30,000 nucleotides of DNA. Source: Enterobacteriaceae bacterium (GTDB taxonomy: Bacteria; Pseudomonadota; Gammaproteobacteria; Enterobacterales; Enterobacteriaceae). The stretch spans positions 106,300 to 136,299 of the forward strand of contig JAISKF010000016.1 in the NCBI GenBank assembly GCA_031261005.1, written 5' to 3'. Positions 1 through 7,669 of this stretch are shown piece by piece. Numbering within the stretch: position 1 is the stretch's first letter; each line of letters begins with the position of its first letter. The notes under the pieces are model-generated. The model did not search any database. It had not been told where the DNA came from and worked only from the letters and a program-made list of their open reading frames with translations. The translations under genes were made by a program, and so were the position numbers.

Positions 1-555
1 TAACTCGCTTGACGGATATACTGCATTGAGCAGCCCTAAACGAAGTGCCTCCTGAGCATCAAGACGGCGCGTTGTATACACCAGTTCTTTAGCGCGTCCA
101 AGTCCGATGATTCTTGATAATCGTTGAATTCCGCCATAGCCGGGAATAATACCCAGACTGGTTTCTGGCAGAGAGAATACCGCGTTTTCCGATGCAACTC
201 TTAAATCACAGCACAGAGCCAGCTCACAGCCTCCGCCAAATGCGTAACCGTTGACTGCCGCAATCACTGGAAAAGGAAGCAACTCTATCTTGCTCATCAG
301 GGTATTACCTTGATCGCTGAAAATCATCGCCTGCTCTTTATTCAGGTCTTTCATCTCAGCAATATCTGCACCGGCAACAAATGACTTATCCCCCGCGCCC
401 GTAATCACAAGGCAACGGATCGGAGAACGTGCAATATCATCAATCTGCTGAGTAAACTCTGCAATGACTTCACTATTCAAAGAGTTGAGTGCTTGCATAC
501 GTTCAATCGTCAAATATCCTATAGTTTCTCGCTGTTCATATCGGATATAGCTCAT
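1..555 (-). CDS. enoyl-CoA hydratase/isomerase (crotonase) family protein, N-terminal 185 codons; the 3' end runs off the window
   Basis: My own reverse-strand translation from the ATG at 555-553 gives MSYIRYEQRETIGYLTIERMQALNSLNSEVIAEF..CLVITGAGDKSFVAGADIAEMK..VIAAVNGYAFGGGCELALCCDLRVAS..LPETSLGIIPGYGGIQRLSRIIG. These are classic crotonase-fold signatures. The ORF is open at the window edge, so it is absent from the ORF track. Confidence 0.85.
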   Translation of the reverse strand, partial: MSYIRYEQRETIGYLTIERMQALNSLNSEVIAEFTQQIDDIARSPIRCLVITGAGDKSFVAGADIAEMKDLNKEQAMIFSDQGNTLMSKIELLPFPVIAAVNGYAFGGGCELALCCDLRVASENAVFSLPETSLGIIPGYGGIQRLSRIIGLGRAKELVYTTRRLDAQEALRLGLLNAVYPSSEL

Positions 556-596
556 TACATTCCCCTTTTTTATGATATTTCAAACACCAAACTATC

Positions 597-664
597 TGTC
601 TGTTACTACTCTGTTTTGCTATTCTGTTTCTACTATTCTGGTTCTATTATCCAGTTTCTATTTT
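597..664. repeat. tandem 13-14 bp direct repeats (about 5 units, TCTGnTTCTAyTAT-like) between the permease terminator and the crotonase start
   Basis: Read directly: tctgttactac / tctgttttgctat (610-622) / tctgtttctactat (623-636) / tctggttctattat (637-650) / ccagtttctatttt (651-664). Confidence 0.7.
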
Positions 665-675
665 CCAGAAACACT

Positions 676-705
676 AAAGCCCGTATGACATTCATACGGG
701 CTTTT
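676..705 (-). terminator. hairpin immediately 3' of the permease gene, a putative intrinsic terminator
   Basis: An 11-bp perfect stem, agcccgtatga (678-688) / tcatacgggct (692-702), with a 3-nt loop. The U-tract on the minus strand is interrupted (TTAGTGTTT). The T-tract is cleaner on the plus strand. Confidence 0.45.
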
Positions 706-710
706 CTGAA

Positions 711-2102
711 TTAATAAATACCAGTTAAATAGTAAATGCCAATCACAAAGAATACGGCTAATGACTTGATTATCGTCACTGCGAAGATGTCTTTGTAAGA
801 CTGTTTGTGAGTCAGACCTGCCACCGCAAGCAGCGTAATTACTGCGCCATTATGCGGTAATGTGTCCATACCGCCAGATGCCATAGATACAACTCTGTGC
901 AGAACTTCTGGAGGAATGCCCATTGCATTGGCTGATGCCAGCAATTGATCGCCCATCGCACCCAGCGCAATTACCATACCGCCAGAGGCAGAACCGGTAA
1001 TACCAGCCAAAGATGTTACTGAAACACCGGCTTTCACCAAAGGATCAGCAATACCTTGCAGAAGGTCTCGTACAATAAGGAAACCAGACAATGATGCAAT
1101 TACCGCTCCAAAGCCATACTCTGAAGCCGTATTGATCGACGCAAGCATTGCACCGCCGACAGCAGACTTGGTTGATTCAGCAAAACTTTTCTTAACCAGC
1201 GAAAATGCCGTGATAATCACAAACAAGATACCCAGTATCAAAGCCCCTTCTACTGCCCAAATTGCTGTCACACTTTTGATACTTGTGGTCAACGGCGCAG
1301 TCAGACCTGGAAGATCAACAACTGATTTTTCACCGTACCAGATTGGAATCCAGCGAGTAAGGAAGAAATTTGACACACCAACTAAAACCAAAGGCGCGAG
1401 TGCTAACCACGGAGAGGGTAAATTAGCGGTATCAACGGCAACAGGTTCATTAACGAGGTCTGTACCGTATCCCTCATTATTTCTGACTGCTGAACAACGA
1501 CGCCATTCAAGATACATAAACCCACAAGTCAACACAAAAATAGAGCCGAATATCCCAAGCCACGGCGCTGCCCATGATGTTGTGCCAAAAAAGGTAGTCG
1601 GAATAATATTCTGAATTTGCGGTGTTCCGGGTAAGGCGTCCATCGTGACGGAGAATGCACCAAGTGCAATAGCACCAGGGATTAATCTTTTAGGAATATT
1701 TCCGCGGCGGAACATTTCCGCAGCAAAAGGATAAACCGCAAAAACGACCACGAACAAAGAAACGCCGCCGTATGTTAATAACATACAGACAATAACAATC
1801 ACAGGAATAGCACGTTTTTGTCCAATCCAGCCCATAACAGCAGCGACAATTGATTTGGAGAAGCCAGAAATCTCAATCACTTTCCCGAAAATTGCGCCTA
1901 ATAAAAACACCGGAAAATAGTTTTTAACGAAAATAACCATCTTTTCCATAAATAGCCCTGAAAACACAGGGGCAACATCCAGAGGCGTAGTTAATAAGAC
2001 TGCCCCCATAGCAGCGATAGGAGCAAAGATAATAACGCTGAAGCCTTTATAAGCTGCAAACATTAAAAAGAACAATGCTCCTAATACAATAAGTAAATCC
2101 AT
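711..2102 (-). CDS. polytopic organic-anion permease, GntP / D-beta-hydroxybutyrate-permease-like (COG2610-type), 463 aa
   Basis: Full-length ORF, highly hydrophobic throughout. C-terminal GSASGG...ASGGMDTLPHNGAVI motifs are typical of gluconate:H+ symporter-family permeases. The family assignment is from memory. Confidence 0.55.
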   Translation of the reverse strand: MDLLIVLGALFFLMFAAYKGFSVIIFAPIAAMGAVLLTTPLDVAPVFSGLFMEKMVIFVKNYFPVFLLGAIFGKVIEISGFSKSIVAAVMGWIGQKRAIPVIVIVCMLLTYGGVSLFVVVFAVYPFAAEMFRRGNIPKRLIPGAIALGAFSVTMDALPGTPQIQNIIPTTFFGTTSWAAPWLGIFGSIFVLTCGFMYLEWRRCSAVRNNEGYGTDLVNEPVAVDTANLPSPWLALAPLVLVGVSNFFLTRWIPIWYGEKSVVDLPGLTAPLTTSIKSVTAIWAVEGALILGILFVIITAFSLVKKSFAESTKSAVGGAMLASINTASEYGFGAVIASLSGFLIVRDLLQGIADPLVKAGVSVTSLAGITGSASGGMVIALGAMGDQLLASANAMGIPPEVLHRVVSMASGGMDTLPHNGAVITLLAVAGLTHKQSYKDIFAVTIIKSLAVFFVIGIYYLTGIY

Positions 2103-2120
2103 ACGGTATACCCTCTAAGT

Positions 2121-2471
2121 ACATTGGTTTCGTTAAACTGCACGCTCCCTGTCAATAAAATATTTATTAGCATGGACATGATCAGTTCTATTTATTTAAT
2201 TATTTAACTATTGAGTATATTGATTTCATTAAACTGAACGATTCCCGCCGACAAAATATCTGTTAGCAAATATACATTCAGTTATATTTATTTAACTATT
2301 TACTTAACTATTTATTTAAATATTTAACTTTAACTATTAATTACATTAGTTTCGTTAAACTACACTGTACTTGCTAACAAAATATCTGTTAGCAAGTACA
2401 TGTTCATTTCTCTTTATTTACCTATTAATTATTTAACTATCTAATTAGTTGTTTAACTATTTATTTAGTTA
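2121..2471. repeat. three degenerate tandem repeat units (starts about 2121, 2217, 2343; lengths about 96, 126, 129 bp) filling the fixX-like/permease intergenic gap
   Basis: Hand alignment of the 52-nt unit cores (acattggtttcgttaaactgcacg..., atattgatttcattaaactgaacg..., acattagtttcgttaaactacact...). A vs B matches 40/52 and B vs C matches 39/52. Each core is followed by an AT-rich tail with iterated TTAACTAT motifs, at least 6 copies between 2200 and 2460. Confidence 0.8.
2366..2400. promoter_or_regulatory. perfect 14-bp-arm inverted repeat with a 7-nt spacer (tgtacttgctaaca aaatatc tgttagcaagtaca), a candidate operator or RNA hairpin
   Basis: Read directly. Degenerate versions of the same palindrome sit at the equivalent positions of repeat units A and B (..gtcaataaaatatttattagca.., ..gccgacaaaatatctgttagca..). 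Confidence 0.5.
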
Positions 2472-2753
2472 TTATCCACATCGAAACTGAACACCAAAAG
2501 AAGCTCTGGGATGTTCCCAATCCATTGCACCAGATAAATGCGCCATAGCAACCCGACAAGTCCCGCACTCCAGACAACCGGCGACTTCAAATGCTAATTG
2601 CCCTTTTTCATTGAGTGTATAAAGCCCTGCCGGGCATACAACTGTCAGAATCCGTTTTGCCTCGTCATCCAGCTTTTCGAGATGAATAAGAATATGAGGA
2701 TGTCCCTCGTCAACATTGAATTTGTTAGCACTAAGTTTTTGCTCAACATTCAT
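2472..2753 (-). CDS. ferredoxin-like protein, FixX/YdiT family (93 aa)
   Basis: KFNVDEGHPHI...CPAGLY...AGCLECGTCR...WEHPRASFGVQFRCG parallels E. coli FixX (KFNVDEEHPHI..CPAGLY..AGCLECGTCR..YPRGTFGVEFRYG). It overlaps the upstream fixC-like gene by 4 nt. Confidence 0.9.
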   Translation of the reverse strand: MNVEQKLSANKFNVDEGHPHILIHLEKLDDEAKRILTVVCPAGLYTLNEKGQLAFEVAGCLECGTCRVAMAHLSGAMDWEHPRASFGVQFRCG

Positions 2754-4039
2754 AATGCTTTCACTCCTTTCCAGGCATCTTTTGCCAGATTCAGCAGCCC
2801 TGCACGTTTGACGTATGGCATGAATTTTTTCATCGCTAATACGGCAGGCTGATCATTGACAGTAAATAATGACTGAAATATCTCTTCAATCATATTTGGA
2901 TATTCATTAAACATACGAGGAGTATGTTCAATAAATCCAGGTGCATTGCGGTAAGTTTGCATATCACGCAAAATAACACTTTGCTCTAAATTACTTTTAT
3001 AAGCTGTGAAAGAGGCATCACTTAACGCGCCTTTTTCTTTAGCATCAATAATCGTTTGTGCAGCAATTTCACCTGATGCAATGGCATAATCCATACCGCG
3101 AATGGTGTATCCCAGATTCAGACAGAAACCCGCAGCATCACCCACCAATAGCACATTGTTTTTCTGCACCGTGGCTAACATGTGAATACCGCCCTCAGGA
3201 ACCAGATGCGCTGAATACTCAACCAGTTTGGCATCTTTCACTAAAGGAGCTATCGCAGGATGATTTTTGAATTTCTCCATGAGATCAGGTAAACGCTCCG
3301 GCGACTTCATCATCTGATCAACCGTCACAACCAGCCCCAAGCTAATGCTGTCTTTATTGGTGTAAAGAAAACCACCGCCAACCATGCCATTAGTCGGTTC
3401 TCCGACAAAAAGCCGTGCAGTCCCTTCATTGTCATTTAAACCAAAGCGATCATTAATGACCTGCGGCGGCAATTCCAGCACCTCTTTTACCCCTACGCCG
3501 ACTTGATTAGGAGCAAGCTCTTTTTTCATGCCAAGCTGTTGAGCTAAAAGACTGTTTACACCATCAGCCAGAATAACCACATCAGCGGTTAACGTTTCAT
3601 CACCAGCAACCACACCGATGACTTTATCGCCTTCCATCAGCAAACGATCAACATGAGTCGGTGCAACAAAATCAGCACCCGCCTCTTCTGCCTGTTCTGC
3701 CAGCCACGCATCAAACTTTCCGCGTAAAACAGTGTATGACGCCGATCCGTTATCTTTACCGAACTTCTGCGAGTTGAAATCAATAGAGAAACAACTCTCT
3801 TCAGTCATCATGGAGATCGTTTCACGCAGCACTTTACGCTCAACGGGCGCTTTTTCGGCAAAACCTGGCATGATGCGTTCCAGACTATGCGCGTAAAACC
3901 GTCCGCCGGTCATATTCTTAGTACCGGCTGCATCACCTCGTTCCAGCAAAAGCACAGATACTCCTGCTTTTGCCAAACAATAAGCGGCGGTACTTCCTGC
4001 CAGACCTGCACCTACAATAATCACCTCATAGTCAGCCAT
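2750..4039 (-). CDS. FAD-dependent electron-transfer-flavoprotein:quinone oxidoreductase, FixC/YdiS family (429 aa)
   Basis: N-terminal Rossmann FAD motif VIIVGAGLAGSTAAYCLAKAG. The length and its position between the FixB-like and FixX-like genes match the fixABCX/ydiQRST arrangement. Confidence 0.88.
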   Translation of the reverse strand: MADYEVIIVGAGLAGSTAAYCLAKAGVSVLLLERGDAAGTKNMTGGRFYAHSLERIMPGFAEKAPVERKVLRETISMMTEESCFSIDFNSQKFGKDNGSASYTVLRGKFDAWLAEQAEEAGADFVAPTHVDRLLMEGDKVIGVVAGDETLTADVVILADGVNSLLAQQLGMKKELAPNQVGVGVKEVLELPPQVINDRFGLNDNEGTARLFVGEPTNGMVGGGFLYTNKDSISLGLVVTVDQMMKSPERLPDLMEKFKNHPAIAPLVKDAKLVEYSAHLVPEGGIHMLATVQKNNVLLVGDAAGFCLNLGYTIRGMDYAIASGEIAAQTIIDAKEKGALSDASFTAYKSNLEQSVILRDMQTYRNAPGFIEHTPRMFNEYPNMIEEIFQSLFTVNDQPAVLAMKKFMPYVKRAGLLNLAKDAWKGVKAL

Positions 4040-4068
4040 CGCTATACTCCTTTTTGATGAAAGCCTGT

Positions 4069-4998
4069 TCAGGCTAATGCAGCTTCAAGCGCAGGAAGAA
4101 CCTCTTTAAAATCACCAACGATGTAATAATCGGAGTTGGCATTCATGAGCGCGTCAGGATCTTTGTTGATTGAAACAATCACTTTGGCATCACGAATGCC
4201 GTAATAATGCTGCGCTTGCCCTGAAATACCGACAGCAATATAAAGTTGCGGTTTAATCACTTGCCCTGAAACACCAACGTAAACTTCCTCTGGCAGCCAT
4301 TTAAAAAATTCTGCGATCGGACGTGTACAGGCAATTTCACCTTCCACTTTTTTAGCCAGACGTTCAGCAATTGCCAGATCTGACTGTTCACTCACACCGC
4401 GACCAACTCCAACTACTTTGAGTGCATCACCCAAATTACTGGTCTGTGCTTTACGAGGCTGCCGCTCAACTACACGGCTACTGCCAGTTTGTGCAGCCAG
4501 TTTGATAACTGTGCCGCTTTGACTGCTGTCTGCTGGCAATACTTCATAATTCTGTGCAGATACGGTTGCCAGAACGATAGGTGCTTGGGTTTTGACACTT
4601 TTAACTGCCAAACCGCCATAAACCATCATTTCACCGCTAATAACACCGCCGTCAACCGCAAGATTTTTTGCATCTGAAATACAAGGTGCATCAAGCAATG
4701 CTGCCATTCTTGCCGCCATATCCCGACAACGTTTGCTAGTACCCAATAAAACTAACTGCGGTTGTTCTTCTTTGGCTTTTTTTACCAGTTCTGGCAAATA
4801 GTCCTCTTCCCACAACGCATTTTCGCTTAATGGCAGGGCATACACTTGATTAACACCATACTGATAAGCAGGCTGTGCAACATTTTCGTCCCCGCGCACA
4901 AAAACAGTGATCGCAGAATCCGAAGCCAAAGATTTAGCACCAGCAACCATAGCAGCAACGCTATCTACTGCTTCAGCAATAATCCAAATATTTTTCAT
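4069..4998 (-). CDS. electron transfer flavoprotein alpha subunit, FixB/YdiR family (309 aa)
   Basis: C-terminal ETF-alpha FAD-binding signature (PQLYIAVGISGQAQHYYGI...VSINKDPDA). Operon context. Confidence 0.88.
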   Translation of the reverse strand: MKNIWIIAEAVDSVAAMVAGAKSLASDSAITVFVRGDENVAQPAYQYGVNQVYALPLSENALWEEDYLPELVKKAKEEQPQLVLLGTSKRCRDMAARMAALLDAPCISDAKNLAVDGGVISGEMMVYGGLAVKSVKTQAPIVLATVSAQNYEVLPADSSQSGTVIKLAAQTGSSRVVERQPRKAQTSNLGDALKVVGVGRGVSEQSDLAIAERLAKKVEGEIACTRPIAEFFKWLPEEVYVGVSGQVIKPQLYIAVGISGQAQHYYGIRDAKVIVSINKDPDALMNANSDYYIVGDFKEVLPALEAALA

Positions 4999-5027
4999 TG
5001 ATAATCTCCTATTGCATAAAATCGCTG

Positions 5028-5807
5028 TTAAAGCACACCATCTACCCGAAGCTGCTTGACCAAGTCAGAAGCAGCGACAGAAATGTCTACACCTTCAGGA
5101 TTCATTCTCTGTGCTTTACGACTTACCACAGGTGCTTTCACACTGGAGACGACCAATTGAGGTTTTAATGTATCCGCAGAAATACCAATATCTTCCAGCG
5201 TCAATGCGGTACTTGGTTTTTTCTTAGCGCCAAGAATTTGCTTCACACCCGGAATTGGTGCTTCGCCAATATCAGGAGCAATGCTGATAACCACTGGCGT
5301 GTTGACTTCAATCACTTCAACACCATCGTCCAGTTTTCTTTCTACTTTCAGCACATCGCCTTGCATCTGAACCCGACTGGCATAAGTGATGCAATTAAAC
5401 CCTAACAACGCAGCGATACGCGGACCAACCTGCTGTGCATACTCATCACTTGAGCCTTCAGAGCAGATCACAATATCAACAGTGTCCAGATGTTTGATCA
5501 TGGCAGCCAACGTTTTACTCGTTGCCGCGCTGTCAGCGCCCGCCAGATCTGAATGATCCAGTGTGTATACCGCGTCCATACCCCGCGCTAACGCATCTTT
5601 ACTGGATACAGCACAATTCACACCACAACTGATCCCGACTAAATCTGCACCCGTTGCTGCTTTTAATTGCACACCAACTTCCAAGCCGATCTGATCATAA
5701 TCATTGATCTGTGCTTTGCTCTTCTCCAGATCCAGCTCGCGCGTACTTTCATTTACGCGAATATCTGCATCGTCCAGTACCCACTTGTAACAAGTAACAA
5801 TCTTCAT
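5028..5807 (-). CDS. electron transfer flavoprotein beta subunit, FixA/YdiQ family (259 aa)
   Basis: The MKIVTCYKWV start and the SEGSSDEYAQQVGPRIAALLG segment parallel E. coli FixA/YdiQ (MKIITCYK.., [20 protein letters not shown]). Otherwise the protein is divergent from both paralogues. Confidence 0.85.
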   Translation of the reverse strand: MKIVTCYKWVLDDADIRVNESTRELDLEKSKAQINDYDQIGLEVGVQLKAATGADLVGISCGVNCAVSSKDALARGMDAVYTLDHSDLAGADSAATSKTLAAMIKHLDTVDIVICSEGSSDEYAQQVGPRIAALLGFNCITYASRVQMQGDVLKVERKLDDGVEVIEVNTPVVISIAPDIGEAPIPGVKQILGAKKKPSTALTLEDIGISADTLKPQLVVSSVKAPVVSRKAQRMNPEGVDISVAASDLVKQLRVDGVL

Positions 5808-5992
5808 TTTTTCTCCTGCTATCGCAATCTACTTCTTCCCGAAGATCCCATAACAAACCGGAGACAACGGGAAGAAAGCATCTGAAAAAGCAAATTTTTT
5901 ACAATTCAATCCACTTAATTTCAGCAAGGAGAGTGTCACCAAAACGGATAAAATATCTCCGGCAACACACTCATCTGTACTAAAAACACGAC

Positions 5993-7132
5993 TTATCCCA
6001 GCGTATTACCAGCGATCACCATTCTCATTACTTCACTGGTACCTTCATAAATTTCGGTGATTTTTGCATCACGCATATAACGCTCAACAGGATAAGAACG
6101 CGTATATCCGATACCGCCATGAATCTGTACGGCTTTCGTGGTAACGTCCATTGCGGTAGTCGCTGCAAACAATTTAGCCATAGCCGCTTCTTTTGAAATA
6201 CGCTCTCCGGCTTCTTTAAGTACCGCTGCTCGATACACCAGCAGGCGCGCTGCTTCGACTTGCGTTGCCATATCAGCGATCATCCATTGAATCCCCTGAT
6301 TGGCAGAAATAGGCTTACCAAATTGCTTACGTTCTTTGGAGTAAGTGATTGCAGCACTCAATGCACCCTCAGAAATACCTAATGCCTGAGAAGCGATACC
6401 AATACGTCCGCCGTCCAGTGTTTGCATTGCGACTTTAAAGCCCTTACCTTCGCCGCCTAGCATGTTTTCCTTAGGAACAATGCAGTTTTTCAGAATGATT
6501 TCAGTTGTTGATGAACCGCAAATCCCCATCTTTTCTTCAGCCTGTCCAACGACAAAACCAGGGAAACTTTTTTCAACGATAAAAGCACTAATACCTTTAA
6601 GTCCCAGACTTTTATCTGTCATTGCCATCACAATGAATACATCAGCGACAGCACCATTGGTAATAAAGACTTTCGCACCGTTAAGCACGTAATGATCACC
6701 ATCTAAAACGGCTTCTGTTTGTTGTCCAGCCGCGTCAGTTCCCGCACCTGCTTCGGTCAGACAGAAAGCACCTAACTTTTTACCCGCAGCCAAATCCGGA
6801 ACATATTTTTTCTTTTGCTCTTCCGTACCGAAATTCAAAATAGGATGTGTACACAATGAAGTATGTGCAGACAAAATTACCGCATGTGTTGCACAAACTT
6901 TTGCCAGCTCTTCTACAGCAATGGCATAGCTCAAATAATCACTGCCACTGCCGCCGTATGCTTCAGGAATAGAAAGTGCAAAAATATCTAGTGCTGCCAT
7001 GCGCTTAACGGTGTTCATCGGGAAAGTGTGTGTTTTATCTACTTCGGCTGCAATGGGGCGAACTTCCTGCTCGGCAAATTCACGTACCATTTGCTGAATC
7101 ATTTGTTGCTCTTCTGTCAATGTAAAATTCAT
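5993..7132 (-). CDS. short-chain acyl-CoA dehydrogenase, butyryl-CoA dehydrogenase (Bcd)-like / YdiO-like (379 aa)
   Basis: MNFTLTEEQQMIQQMVREFAEQEVRPIAAEVD... and C-terminal ...YPVERYMRDAKITEIYEGTSEV closely track clostridial Bcd as I remember it. I chose the internal ATG at 7132 because a GAAGGAA Shine-Dalgarno lies just upstream. The track ORF extends 10 codons further, to 7162. Confidence 0.9.
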   Translation of the reverse strand: MNFTLTEEQQMIQQMVREFAEQEVRPIAAEVDKTHTFPMNTVKRMAALDIFALSIPEAYGGSGSDYLSYAIAVEELAKVCATHAVILSAHTSLCTHPILNFGTEEQKKKYVPDLAAGKKLGAFCLTEAGAGTDAAGQQTEAVLDGDHYVLNGAKVFITNGAVADVFIVMAMTDKSLGLKGISAFIVEKSFPGFVVGQAEEKMGICGSSTTEIILKNCIVPKENMLGGEGKGFKVAMQTLDGGRIGIASQALGISEGALSAAITYSKERKQFGKPISANQGIQWMIADMATQVEAARLLVYRAAVLKEAGERISKEAAMAKLFAATTAMDVTTKAVQIHGGIGYTRSYPVERYMRDAKITEIYEGTSEVMRMVIAGNTLG

Positions 7133-7220
7133 AGCAATTCCTTCATTTATTTTTAAAAACACTCAGGATTAAACCTGACATACCTGCACTCGCTTTATTT
7201 AAAAAGCGGATAATTTTTTC

Positions 7221-7634
7221 TTAACGTCTAAATAGCAGAAGTGCTTCACCCTCAAGCACCACAACGCCCTCAGCGTTTTCTGCCCAAGTGGTCATCACGA
7301 CTCTTTCTTTCTCTTCGATTTTTTCTTTCACTTCAGCCCATACCGTCAGTTTGTCACCCAAAAATACAGGCGCTTTGAACCGAATAGACTGACCCATATA
7401 GATGCTGCCATTACCAGGAATTTTGATCCCCAAAACAGCACTGATTAAGCTGGCTGTTAACATGCCATGAGCAATCCGCCGACCAAACGGCGTTGTTTTT
7501 GCAAACGCTTCATCGACATGTACTGGATTATGATCTTCAGAAAGATCAGCAAACGTATCCACCATTTCTGCGGTGATAACTTTTTGTATGAAGTCTTTAT
7601 CACCAACTTTTAAACTATCAAATGTCCACGCCAT
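7221..7634 (-). CDS. MaoC-like (R)-specific enoyl-CoA hydratase (hot-dog fold, 137 aa)
   Basis: LSEDHNPVHVD...RIAHGML hydratase-2 motif. The size is typical of PhaJ/MaoC single-domain dehydratases. Confidence 0.85.
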   Translation of the reverse strand: MAWTFDSLKVGDKDFIQKVITAEMVDTFADLSEDHNPVHVDEAFAKTTPFGRRIAHGMLTASLISAVLGIKIPGNGSIYMGQSIRFKAPVFLGDKLTVWAEVKEKIEEKERVVMTTWAENAEGVVVLEGEALLLFRR

Positions 7635-7669
7635 CGTTAGAACTCCTATTCAACACACATAATTTATAA

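Noticed and set aside
493-714. 73-aa + strand ORF in the track
   Set aside because: It is a low-complexity Phe/Ser/Tyr-rich translation produced by the 13-14 bp tandem repeats and the terminator hairpin. It overlaps the crotonase start and the permease stop, has no RBS, and resembles no family I know.
1132-1614. 160-aa + strand ORF and similar antisense ORFs (2598-2852, 3058-3270, 4489-4677, 6462-6692, 7754-7954, 8263-8729, 11379-11612, 14601-14846, 15302-15541, 19068-19304, 19761-20003, 20850-21325, 22212-22412, 22642-23015, 23950-24517, 24970-25215, 25373-25606, 27717-27962, 28370-29461)
   Set aside because: These are shadow ORFs lying entirely inside, antisense to, or out of frame with long genes that have clear orthologues. 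Their compositions are typical of antisense or frameshifted reading of real genes.
2103-2471. Possible CRISPR array or tRNA/ncRNA gene in the repeat-rich gap
   Set aside because: The repeat units are 96-129 bp and degenerate. There are no short identical repeats with unique spacers and no cas genes in the window. I could not draw a tRNA cloverleaf, and the sequence is too AT-rich.
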